A stretch of DNA of 64,000 nt from an uncultured virus (IMG/VR IMGVR_UViG_3300021400_004107) (lineage: Duplodnaviria; Heunggongvirae; Uroviricota; Caudoviricetes). The stretch lies in IMG/VR virus record IMGVR_UViG_3300021400_004107. One strand, 5' to 3'. Numbering within the stretch: the first letter of the stretch is position 1; every line of letters starts with the position of its first letter. Shown here in pieces: positions 56,224-64,000 of this stretch. A program made the translations under genes and the position numbers. The notes under the pieces were generated by a model. The model was given only the letters and a program-made list of their open reading frames with translations, did not search any database and had not been told where the DNA came from.

Positions 56224-56281
56224 TGTCACTTAAGCCGTTTAGGCAAAAGAAATACGCATCTTTCGCAGGTGGCTATACTTA
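56224..56281 (+). promoter_or_regulatory. Element-specific promoter motif copy 6
   Basis: Box 56224-56234, 39 nt, TATACT 56274-56279. Confidence 0.75.
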
Positions 56282-56446
56282 AACTGTGATTTAAGTCAAT
56301 CATCGGCGGCCCATATACCGGGCCCGGACTCCGTGCCGATTGGTCAAAAGCGGAGCCTCTTTCTGTGGTGGAGGGAGCTCGAGTTTAGCTCCCTCTTTTT
56401 TTTATTACAACATGAGCCGTACGGAATACGGCAGAAAGGAACTTTC

Positions 56447-56884
56447 ATGAAAAAATATCTTTATGTAACAAGTGCTCTGGTTCTTACAGCAGCGCTCATG
56501 GCAGGCTGTGCTTCCAAGGAGGCTTCCATCAACGGCCATTACAAAACAGATCTTGACGTAGGCGGTTCCGTCACCGTGAACGAAGCCGGTATGACTAACC
56601 CCGATGTTCTCCTGCCCGTAGAGATCGTTCTTGCTGACGGGGAGTACACGATCACGCTTGACACCGACGCGATGGCCAGAGATTTCGAAGATGCACAGAC
56701 TGACGAGCACTATGTCGTTGATTCAGTAGAAGCGGACGAGGAAGTTGTCTACACAGGTCATTACACCGTAGAAGACTCTGTTATTACTTTTGACGGTGAT
56801 ATGCACTTTACTGCCAACGTAGAAGACGGAACGCTTGTTGCGGATCATTTCCTCGGTTTTGATGATGTAACATTCGCAAAATAA
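56447..56884 (+). CDS. lipoprotein
   Basis: Lipobox LMAGC; SD AAAGGA. Confidence 0.75.
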   Translation: MKKYLYVTSALVLTAALMAGCASKEASINGHYKTDLDVGGSVTVNEAGMTNPDVLLPVEIVLADGEYTITLDTDAMARDFEDAQTDEHYVVDSVEADEEVVYTGHYTVEDSVITFDGDMHFTANVEDGTLVADHFLGFDDVTFAK

Positions 56885-56926
56885 AAAATCAATATGCCGG
56901 ATGTCCCCGGCGGAAAGGTTAATCTT

Positions 56927-57898
56927 ATGAGAAAAGCAAAATTCGGTAAAAAGTCTATTATCGCTATGGCAGGCGCCGGCGGTATCTTAGCCCTTGCGAT
57001 CGGCGGAGTCGTTCTGCTCCCTAAGCTCCTTAACAAAAGCCCTGAAGCGCTGCATATCAATCTCGCGTCAGAGCTTGACTGCACAGACGCAGCCTCCGAC
57101 GTACTTTCGGATATTACCGGTGCGAATTATAACTTCGATGGTGAAGTATATGCGCATTTCACCATGTCCCTCGACGACGGCGAGTTCACTATGGACCTTG
57201 ACGAAGATCAGCTCCGAGAAGACCTGGACGCGTTCTTCTCCAACAATGTCGAGGGTATCTTAACTTCTCAGCTCTCTGCTGCAGGCGTCGGTACCGATGC
57301 TTCGGCGCTTGACGCATATGCTCAGGAGATCGGCTATGCCAACTGGGCGGCTGTTGTTGATGCGACTGCTGCTTCTGTCATGGACTCCGACGGTTATCTC
57401 GCCTTAACAGACGGGGATGTTAACTATGAAGGTACCTATGAGTACACAGAAGACGGCACGGCTCTTAACTGCTATGTCGGATCTAAAACTGTATTTGTAG
57501 CCGAGATCGGCGACGACGGTAAGATCTACATCGACTACGACTTCGACCGCAGCGCCCCTGTCATGCTCTACGATTACTTCAATCGCGGTTGCACTCTCGA
57601 GTTTGCCAAGGCTTCCGGAAACAGTGATCGTGACTCTGATTCCGACAGGCCGTCTTCAGGCAATTCTTCTGACGGCGTAGTCGTTAATGTCTATATTGTT
57701 CCTGCAGAGACTACTGCAGAGCCTACAGAGACTACGGCAGAACCTACTCCTGAGCCTACACCTGAGCCTACACCCGAACCTACTCCTACACCTGTACCCG
57801 AGACACAGCCTTCCGAGACAGCGCCTGTAGAGACAGAGGCTCCGGCCGAGACAGAAGCGCCTGCTCCCGCCGAAGGTGAAACTTCTGCGGAGGGTTAA
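56927..57898 (+). CDS. membrane-anchored extracellular protein with PT/PE-rich tail
   Basis: N-terminal TM; (EPTP)n repeats; shares motifs with the upstream lipoprotein. Confidence 0.75.
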   Translation: MRKAKFGKKSIIAMAGAGGILALAIGGVVLLPKLLNKSPEALHINLASELDCTDAASDVLSDITGANYNFDGEVYAHFTMSLDDGEFTMDLDEDQLREDLDAFFSNNVEGILTSQLSAAGVGTDASALDAYAQEIGYANWAAVVDATAASVMDSDGYLALTDGDVNYEGTYEYTEDGTALNCYVGSKTVFVAEIGDDGKIYIDYDFDRSAPVMLYDYFNRGCTLEFAKASGNSDRDSDSDRPSSGNSSDGVVVNVYIVPAETTAEPTETTAEPTPEPTPEPTPEPTPTPVPETQPSETAPVETEAPAETEAPAPAEGETSAEG

Positions 57899-57900
57899 CC

Positions 57901-58179
57901 ATGGCTAGTTTATCGGCGCAGGTACCGTGGGGCTTCGTGAACTTTATCAGGGAGACTCTGCCTAATGTCGACCCTGTCATAGCATCTATAGCAGGGCTCG
58001 TTACTTTTATGGCCATACTGTTCGCCGTTCTTATCTGGTATCAGTCAGAAACCCGAGACCTCAGATCGCTCTGGAAGTACATCCTTGTCGCAGGCATCTG
58101 TGCTGTTGCGTTCGTTTCGCTGTTTGGCTTGTTGATCGTTTATGCAAGATCTCGAGGCGTCGTTCTGCCTATTAACTAA
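57901..58179 (+). CDS. membrane protein
   Basis: 2 TM. Confidence 0.65.
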   Translation: MASLSAQVPWGFVNFIRETLPNVDPVIASIAGLVTFMAILFAVLIWYQSETRDLRSLWKYILVAGICAVAFVSLFGLLIVYARSRGVVLPIN

Positions 58180-58227
58180 GGCCACGACCCTCGAATCTGA
58201 AATACATATTTCGTGAGGTGAATCACT

Positions 58228-58818
58228 ATGATCTTAATCATCGGACGCTCGGGCAGCGGTAAAGACTTCCTTGCCCGCGAACTTGCCAAGCAGGGCTTAT
58301 CCCAGGTGAAGTCGTACACCACGCGCCCTCCTCGCTATGAGGGTGAGAATACGCACATCTTCCTATCTGCTCAAGAGGCTAAAGGCTTTAGCGATAAGAT
58401 AGCCACAACAGTCATCAACGGCTATGAATACTTCGCCACTTCTTCGCAGATGAAGGATAACGATGTCTATATTATCGATCCCAGAGGCACTGCGGAGCTT
58501 TTGCGGAATTGCCCCGAAGTCACTTTTGACATCTGCTACCTGCAGGCAGACGATTCCTGTCGCCGTGCTATGGCTGTAGGGCGTGGATCTGACCTTGCTA
58601 AAGAAGCAAAGGTATACGAGATGCGCAATGCTGACGAGGATGCTCAGTTCCGCGAGTTCGAAAACATGCTCAAGGACACTTATGCATTCTACGCCTTTAA
58701 GAATAAGTACCCCAACGTAAGACAAGTCATTATCGGCCATAACGACTATCGACCCGAGACCATGAACAATCTCGTTCAGTCACTGACTGCCCCTGTCTGT
58801 GCGGGGCGTGGTACTTAA
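58228..58818 (+). CDS. guanylate kinase-like protein
   Basis: GRSGSGKD P-loop, SYTTRPPR, YIIDPRG; ends GRGT. Confidence 0.75.
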   Translation: MILIIGRSGSGKDFLARELAKQGLSQVKSYTTRPPRYEGENTHIFLSAQEAKGFSDKIATTVINGYEYFATSSQMKDNDVYIIDPRGTAELLRNCPEVTFDICYLQADDSCRRAMAVGRGSDLAKEAKVYEMRNADEDAQFREFENMLKDTYAFYAFKNKYPNVRQVIIGHNDYRPETMNNLVQSLTAPVCAGRGT

Positions 58819-58851
58819 GGCTTTGGCAGGTAAGAGAGGAGGACTAAGGTT

Positions 58852-59169
58852 ATGTATGTCAATTTCGATCAAGGCTGGGTAGCGAAAGCACATCCAGGTG
58901 CGGCTTTGACCGGTTATCTCTTTGACGGTGATCCAACGCCGACGGATGCTCCGGAAGGATTCTCGGTGTTGTGCAACACGGAGCTGGTAGATGACCTGAG
59001 ACGGATCCGATTCGAGAACACGTTCAGACTGTTCTGGACCGGTGAGGACGGGGAGGCGCACAAAGACTGGTTCGGTAAGACTTCCGTATATTTCGATGAC
59101 TACCTGAATGTCTCGGAAGAACCCCGTTATTCAGTAGTAGCCCCGCTTGTCATATCGATGACGCGCTAA
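58852..59169 (+). CDS. hypothetical protein
   Basis: SD GGAGG. Confidence 0.65.
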   Translation: MYVNFDQGWVAKAHPGAALTGYLFDGDPTPTDAPEGFSVLCNTELVDDLRRIRFENTFRLFWTGEDGEAHKDWFGKTSVYFDDYLNVSEEPRYSVVAPLVISMTR

Positions 59170-59184
59170 AGTCGGAGGCTATGA

Positions 59185-59547
59185 ATGAAGATACACGGAC
59201 ACATACTGGCTTCCAGACTCAGCCCTGACTTCGACATTAACACCAAGCTGTATGAGCTGCCGTCGGAGATCAGGGCGTATATCACAGACTGTATGAGCGG
59301 GTCGGACCTGTCGGCAGACATCTTGACCGCACTTGGTGAGATAGGTGTCACCGACCTCGGGGGCGACCTGCTTAAGTATCTGAGGATCAAAGTCTCGGAG
59401 GCCATAAAGGAAGATAAGGCTTACGACATCTCATTCACCAGAAACGGTGCGCTGGCTTACAACTATGTAGTCGATGTCGCAATACACCTTAATGACTTTA
59501 TAGAAGAACTGAACAACAGGCCAACGCCGGCTTTCAGGCCGTTTTAG
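59185..59547 (+). CDS. hypothetical protein
   Basis: SD GGAGG. Confidence 0.65.
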   Translation: MKIHGHILASRLSPDFDINTKLYELPSEIRAYITDCMSGSDLSADILTALGEIGVTDLGGDLLKYLRIKVSEAIKEDKAYDISFTRNGALAYNYVVDVAIHLNDFIEELNNRPTPAFRPF

Positions 59548-59561
59548 AAAGGACTACAACT

Positions 59562-59840
59562 ATGAGTGAAGAATTATTTGACCAGCTTGTTTCGCTAATT
59601 GAGTATTGCACCCGAATGGCTGCTTCGTCTCTGATCGTAGGCATTGTGTGCATTATCGGTATCTTTATCACATTGCTCTGCCTCGTCGTTATCGACAGGA
59701 AGATAAACTACATGCGTAAAGCGTTAAACATCGCGCCTGAAGACTCGCCTAAGAGCGCATTCTGCCTTTTCAAGAAGACGTCTAAGGACGCTGCCGCTAA
59801 GGCAGATAATGTTATCGACCAGAAACTGTCACATAAATGA
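59562..59840 (+). CDS. single-TM protein
   Basis: One hydrophobic helix. Confidence 0.65.
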   Translation: MSEELFDQLVSLIEYCTRMAASSLIVGIVCIIGIFITLLCLVVIDRKINYMRKALNIAPEDSPKSAFCLFKKTSKDAAAKADNVIDQKLSHK

Positions 59841-59856
59841 AGGGGTTAAAAAGAAC

Positions 59857-60180
59857 ATGACTAATTTTGAGCTTATAACATCGGCACCTTATTGCCTTCT
59901 TAAGAACCACGAGTGGCTTATGGACCACTATCACAACATCGCAGATCGTATCAACTGGGAGGAGTGGCTCCAGTCAGAGGTGGGCAAGAAGCCGTCCGAC
60001 TTCGTGATAAATGCACAGCGTGGTTTCTACTCGGATGATGAAGGTAAGAATGAAGTTGAATGCATGATTCTGGGTCAGTGCGAGATGTTCGGTCAGGATT
60101 ATATCCGTCTTACTACAGAGCTTGACGACCGTTGGACTATACTGAGCGTGCCTGCGCATAAAGTGCGCATTACAGGGTGA
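59857..60180 (+). CDS. hypothetical protein
   Basis: MTNFE...WLQSE; ATG 59857. Confidence 0.65.
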   Translation: MTNFELITSAPYCLLKNHEWLMDHYHNIADRINWEEWLQSEVGKKPSDFVINAQRGFYSDDEGKNEVECMILGQCEMFGQDYIRLTTELDDRWTILSVPAHKVRITG

Positions 60181-60186
60181 CAAACG

Positions 60187-60756
60187 GTGATTGCCAGAGA
60201 TCATATCATCACAGGAACGGCTTCGGCCGTTTTTTTATGCTCTGCGGTATATACCGTCGCATATAATGTCGACCTGGGCTTGATCTCTTCTGCGTGTTCG
60301 TCTGCGATCTCGTACCTGTCGGAGGTATCTTCGCTCTATAAGCTCTGTGCTGTTCCTTTATATATCTTCGGACTCATTCTGCCTGACTGCGACATGCGTA
60401 CATCCGTAGTCGGGCGCTTTTTTTATATCCCCGTTAAGCATCGCACCTGGACGCATTCTGTATGGTTCGTCCTGCCGTGGTTCGTGCTTTCTTACTGGTT
60501 CCCGCCTCTGGTCGCACTGGCTTTCGGCATTTGCTTACACGACTGGTGGGACGGTCTTTCGAACGGCGGGGTGTGCTTCTTTTATCCCATAACCAAGTAT
60601 CGTGACATGCCTACCGGTGCGCACTATAAGCCCAATCACAGGGGCTTTTATGCTACCGGTTCGGGTGACGAGACTTTCCTTACCGTAGCTGCATCTTTGT
60701 TCGCCGTTCTGGCAGTAGCGTACGCCGTCCTGTTCCACAAAATTCATTTGCTTTAG
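60187..60756 (+). CDS. YdjM-like membrane metal-dependent hydrolase
   Basis: LPDCD, HRTWTHS, LHDWWD. Confidence 0.75.
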   Translation: MIARDHIITGTASAVFLCSAVYTVAYNVDLGLISSACSSAISYLSEVSSLYKLCAVPLYIFGLILPDCDMRTSVVGRFFYIPVKHRTWTHSVWFVLPWFVLSYWFPPLVALAFGICLHDWWDGLSNGGVCFFYPITKYRDMPTGAHYKPNHRGFYATGSGDETFLTVAASLFAVLAVAYAVLFHKIHLL

Positions 60757-60768
60757 GAGATTTTCAGT

Positions 60769-61482
60769 ATGACCTTGGATGAATATAACGCAGTTAAAGG
60801 CATGAACTACAACGAGTTTTGTGAACATCTCAAGGCGAAGTACGGCATTGCTACAGAAGATTATTACCTACCGGGCTTTGTTCGTAATAACAAGGTGTCC
60901 AGGACAAGAGAAGGGCTCTTTGCGCATCATGTTATGGAAGACCGCGCAATACTTCTGTCTACCCGTGAGGTAGCTATGACACATCCCATGTCGTACCAGT
61001 CTAAAGAGAATCTTGTCTATTGCGACTGGGTAGAGCATCTGTATCTCCATCTTCTCATAGCAGAGAATCCTGCTCCGGGCGCGGAGGAAGGCGTCGGCAT
61101 CGGGGGCTGCATTTCGTTTCTCGTACCGCAGCTTAATGACGTTTTTGCCGGATTCAGGTCGGACAAGGAGTGGGAGCAAAACTGCATCAACAAGGTCTTC
61201 GATGAAGAGACGGGCTTTGATGCGTATATGGCTGTTGTGGCCAGACTCAAAGTGCATCTGGCAAAACTCCTAACAGGAGATTCGTCCGTCATAGACCTCG
61301 ATGCATTAAACGAACACTGCAACTATTACCTGTGCAGCTCGGCCCACGAGGAGGACTCGCATGGAATGCCTAATCAGGCTTTCGTCGCTGAGTATGGCAG
61401 CAGACTGGAGTCTTTTATCTATGCACCTATAAGGAATATGCCTACGGGATTCAGTCTGTCTTTGCCCGGATTACATTACTAA
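60769..61482 (+). CDS. HNH-like (His-Me) nuclease-family protein
   Basis: EGLFAHHVME...ENLVYCDWVEHLYLH. Confidence 0.55.
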   Translation: MTLDEYNAVKGMNYNEFCEHLKAKYGIATEDYYLPGFVRNNKVSRTREGLFAHHVMEDRAILLSTREVAMTHPMSYQSKENLVYCDWVEHLYLHLLIAENPAPGAEEGVGIGGCISFLVPQLNDVFAGFRSDKEWEQNCINKVFDEETGFDAYMAVVARLKVHLAKLLTGDSSVIDLDALNEHCNYYLCSSAHEEDSHGMPNQAFVAEYGSRLESFIYAPIRNMPTGFSLSLPGLHY

Positions 61483-61503
61483 AGAAAGGACTCAATATCC
61501 AAC

Positions 61504-62163
61504 ATGGCTAAGAATAACAAAAGAAGGGAAGCAGAGCCCGGGGATCTTGTTTTCCCGGACAATAACTTCCTCAACAAGATGTACTCGGACGCGTTTAATC
61601 ACCGATGTTCCGTCTTCAAGCGTCCGTTCGTTGTGATCGGTAAGCATCGTAACAGACCGTATCTTTCGATCATCGCACCCTTGTCGTCCAAGTTCTATTA
61701 CAACTATATAAAGCTCAAGAGACGATACGATCTGGGCCTTGAAAACCCTCGCGCACCTTCGATCATACTTGTGTCCAACGACGCACACAAGTCTCAGGGC
61801 TTCTACAACGCAGCTCTGATGATGGATCAGGCTATCATCGTGCCGACTAAGTCATTATGCGTATATAAGAAAGCACATACGGAATGGCATCTGGACCTAC
61901 CCAGACGACCCATAAGGCCATCGGTGCCATTTGATGATCCGCAATATCCGTTTATCCTGGCTCGCTACGAGAAGGCAGAAGACGAGTGGGAGAAATGCAC
62001 GGACAAGTCTTTGTTCAGTCCTAAGGTAAATATCAACCTGATCGTTTCGCAAGGCAGAGACATGATCAAGACTTTGTACGAAACAGGCAAGATGGAGACC
62101 GACCTGGATGTTGCGATTGGCAGGTCTGAGGGGCTTCTTCATCCCGACATGTTCGACTTCTGA
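61504..62163 (+). CDS. PemK/MazF-like protein
   Basis: PGDLVF...KRPFVVIG...IIAPLSSK...MMDQ. Confidence 0.5.
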   Translation: MAKNNKRREAEPGDLVFPDNNFLNKMYSDAFNHRCSVFKRPFVVIGKHRNRPYLSIIAPLSSKFYYNYIKLKRRYDLGLENPRAPSIILVSNDAHKSQGFYNAALMMDQAIIVPTKSLCVYKKAHTEWHLDLPRRPIRPSVPFDDPQYPFILARYEKAEDEWEKCTDKSLFSPKVNINLIVSQGRDMIKTLYETGKMETDLDVAIGRSEGLLHPDMFDF

Positions 62164-62174
62164 GGTGAGACGAT

Positions 62175-62426
62175 ATGAGAAATATACACAATGAACTCGT
62201 CTCTTCCCGTGAAGTTTATCAGTTCGCGGATCACCGCCCGGAAGACCTCTACAAGCAGGTGATCTCCATGACTTTGTACCGACTGGAAACTATGCTCGAG
62301 GGTTCTCAGAACTTCGAGTCGGAAGAGTCGTGGCTTTTTAGACGAGACATATCTTCTACAGCAGAAAGTATTCGTGCCGCTTTAGGTATCAGCGAAGCAA
62401 TGGCTTCGGAGGACGACCCGTTATGA
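62175..62426 (+). CDS. hypothetical protein
   Basis: SD GAGGTGA. Confidence 0.65.
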   Translation: MRNIHNELVSSREVYQFADHRPEDLYKQVISMTLYRLETMLEGSQNFESEESWLFRRDISSTAESIRAALGISEAMASEDDPL

Positions 62427-63055
62427 GATATATGACACATTACCAGAGAGTTAATGCGTATAAGCACATCAGCCGGGACAACTGGACACTGGACATGACT
62501 GCACGTAAGTACGGCGTATCCGTATCAGCTGTCGAGGCCATGCTCAGAAGTCAGAAGAAGAATGCAAAGATCGGCCTTGGCTGGGAGGCAGTCGCCAAGA
62601 TCTGCGACGAGCGTGATGCCGGACTTAATGTCAGGGACATCTCGCTGTATTGGAACGTGCCTGAGAGGGTCATTCTTACCTTAAAAAGAGATGCAGACTT
62701 CGTGCCGGGACGAGAGCCCGGGCCGTCCGGATATGTGTTCCCCAGGGACAAGTATGATGTGTTTATCGCTGACTATGACCGTATTCCGCCCAAGACAATG
62801 ACTCGTAAGGATATAGCGGCGAAGTATGGACTTACCGAGAATCAGCTGAACTGGATAACTTCGGGTAATGCCAAGAATTCACGCATCGTTTCTCCTGAAG
62901 TTAAAGAGCAGATCATGAAAGACATCGAGGCTTTGAATAGCAAGAGTATCAGGCGCCTGGCGGATAAGTACGACATCCCTTACGATATCGCGAGGAGCTG
63001 GATAGGTAATCACTTAAAGGAGCTTAAAGAAGCTGAAGCTGCCTTGGGCAGATAG
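62423..63055 (+). CDS. multi-HTH DNA-binding protein
   Basis: Four HTH-like units (TARKYGVS, ISLYWNVP, IAAKYGLT, LADKYDIP); ends LGR. Confidence 0.65.
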   Translation: MRYMTHYQRVNAYKHISRDNWTLDMTARKYGVSVSAVEAMLRSQKKNAKIGLGWEAVAKICDERDAGLNVRDISLYWNVPERVILTLKRDADFVPGREPGPSGYVFPRDKYDVFIADYDRIPPKTMTRKDIAAKYGLTENQLNWITSGNAKNSRIVSPEVKEQIMKDIEALNSKSIRRLADKYDIPYDIARSWIGNHLKELKEAEAALGR

Positions 63056-63166
63056 GAGAGAGGGTACAGCTGGAGAGTGGCATTGTTTTCAATCTTCGTT
63101 ATACTATAGATGTACAGTTAAGTACATTAGGCGATTCCCAGCAATAAGCGGGGGCCTTAAAATTCT

Positions 63167-63197
63167 ACGGGAGTGTTAGTGCACTCCCGTTTTTTTG
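63167..63197 (+). terminator. terminator-like hairpin
   Basis: ACGGGAGTG/CACTCCCGT plus T-tract. Confidence 0.65.
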
Positions 63198-63222
63198 TAT
63201 TTAAAGATAAGGAAGAAGGTAT

Positions 63223-63918
63223 ATGGTAGATAACTTAAGTCCGATTCAAAGGTCAATCATAGGAGCGCTGGGTCCCTTAGGCCCGGGTGCGGGGCTGGTC
63301 TATTCGAAGGGCCTTTACAGGGAGATTTGCGGAGAAAAGCCGGTGCCTGAGGAAGCGTTTGCCAGAGCTTTGAGGACTATGCCGGAGCGCCCGTTCGGGG
63401 ATGACTACGTCTTTCACAAGGTCTGTAACGGCGTCTATGTCGTGGCATCTCCGGAGAGTCAGAAGCGCGATCTGACACAGGTTGCAAAAGACATCTTAAG
63501 GTCTGATTTGAGCTGCTGGATGTCTGACGATGCGTATATGGTCGGGGCCAGTTTTAAAGAGGAGTTAGACCTTAAGATACAGGCCGGGCCGCTGTACATT
63601 GCAGTCAATGAGCGACTCTTTCCCAAGGCGTACGAAGACGTATTCGAGGTGTATCAGAGGCAGGCGCCGTATCCCATAGACAAGAAGACAAAGTGGATCC
63701 TGGCGCTGCTTGACTACTTCAAAGACAACAAGGATATCCCTGACGAAGAGTGGGCAAAAGTGGTCAGTCTCCTGGGCGGTAAACTCATGGATCGGAACAT
63801 GGCAGGTATGGCTTTTGCCATCGCGGATCAGTGCTATTCGCGCCGCGTCATGGACCGTTTGACTGACTTTATGCAGCGTGCCGGCAGGGAGTACGAGGCA
63901 TACAGACAGAGCAGATAA
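63223..63918 (+). CDS. hypothetical protein, possibly AbiEi/DUF6088-like
   Basis: AFARALR...KVCNGVY winged-helix-like N-terminus; ILALLD. Confidence 0.45.
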   Translation: MVDNLSPIQRSIIGALGPLGPGAGLVYSKGLYREICGEKPVPEEAFARALRTMPERPFGDDYVFHKVCNGVYVVASPESQKRDLTQVAKDILRSDLSCWMSDDAYMVGASFKEELDLKIQAGPLYIAVNERLFPKAYEDVFEVYQRQAPYPIDKKTKWILALLDYFKDNKDIPDEEWAKVVSLLGGKLMDRNMAGMAFAIADQCYSRRVMDRLTDFMQRAGREYEAYRQSR

Positions 63919-63931
63919 CAGCATTTATCAA

Positions 63932-63974
63932 CCCCGGTGTTTCCTTCTAAGGAGGCATCGGGGCTTTATTTTTT
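63932..63974 (+). terminator. intrinsic terminator
   Basis: CCCCGGTGTTTCC/GGAGGCATCGGGG plus Ts. Confidence 0.65.
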
Positions 63975-64000
63975 GCCCTGCGAACGAACAATCGTTCTGT

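Noticed and set aside
57705..57875. Short tandem DNA repeats
   Set aside because: They encode an ordinary Pro/Thr/Glu linker.
1..64000. Alternative genetic code, or a definite phage call
   Set aside because: ORFs tile densely under code 11 using all three stops, and no capsid, terminase or tail genes are visible. The element type remains an inference.

Overview
This 64-kb window looks like part of a large Bacillota (Clostridia-like) extrachromosomal element, most likely a conjugative megaplasmid or ICE. A jumbo phage is not excluded, but no virion or T4SS-channel genes are visible. Nearly all genes are on the + strand in dense operons of small hypothetical proteins. Recognisable genes: a partial SNF2 helicase (minus strand), a nuclease-UvrD helicase fusion, a PcfJ/GNAT-like large protein, a DUF3991-toprim primase-like protein, an AbiE-type type IV TA pair, HipA-like, RES-like and PemK-like toxin candidates, a 2803-aa S8/SpaA/VaFE adhesin with a class B sortase, three tRNAs and a tmRNA. 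Unexplained signals read directly from the sequence: (1) about 26 unrelated cytoplasmic ORFs end in a codon-diverse C-terminal Gly-Arg motif that is absent from the membrane and secreted proteins, a candidate translocation tag; (2) six copies of TGTCACTTAAG-N39-TATAMTTA with invariant spacing, a candidate activator-dependent promoter regulon, each followed by a terminator-like hairpin; (3) a 150-nt tRNA-shaped RNA with three T-loop hairpins next to the tmRNA; (4) an orphan two-repeat CRISPR-like mini-array; (5) a DGR variable-region signature in a DUF6273 gene; (6) an iteron-like TACTGTGCA cluster. All family assignments come from motif recognition by eye, not database searches.
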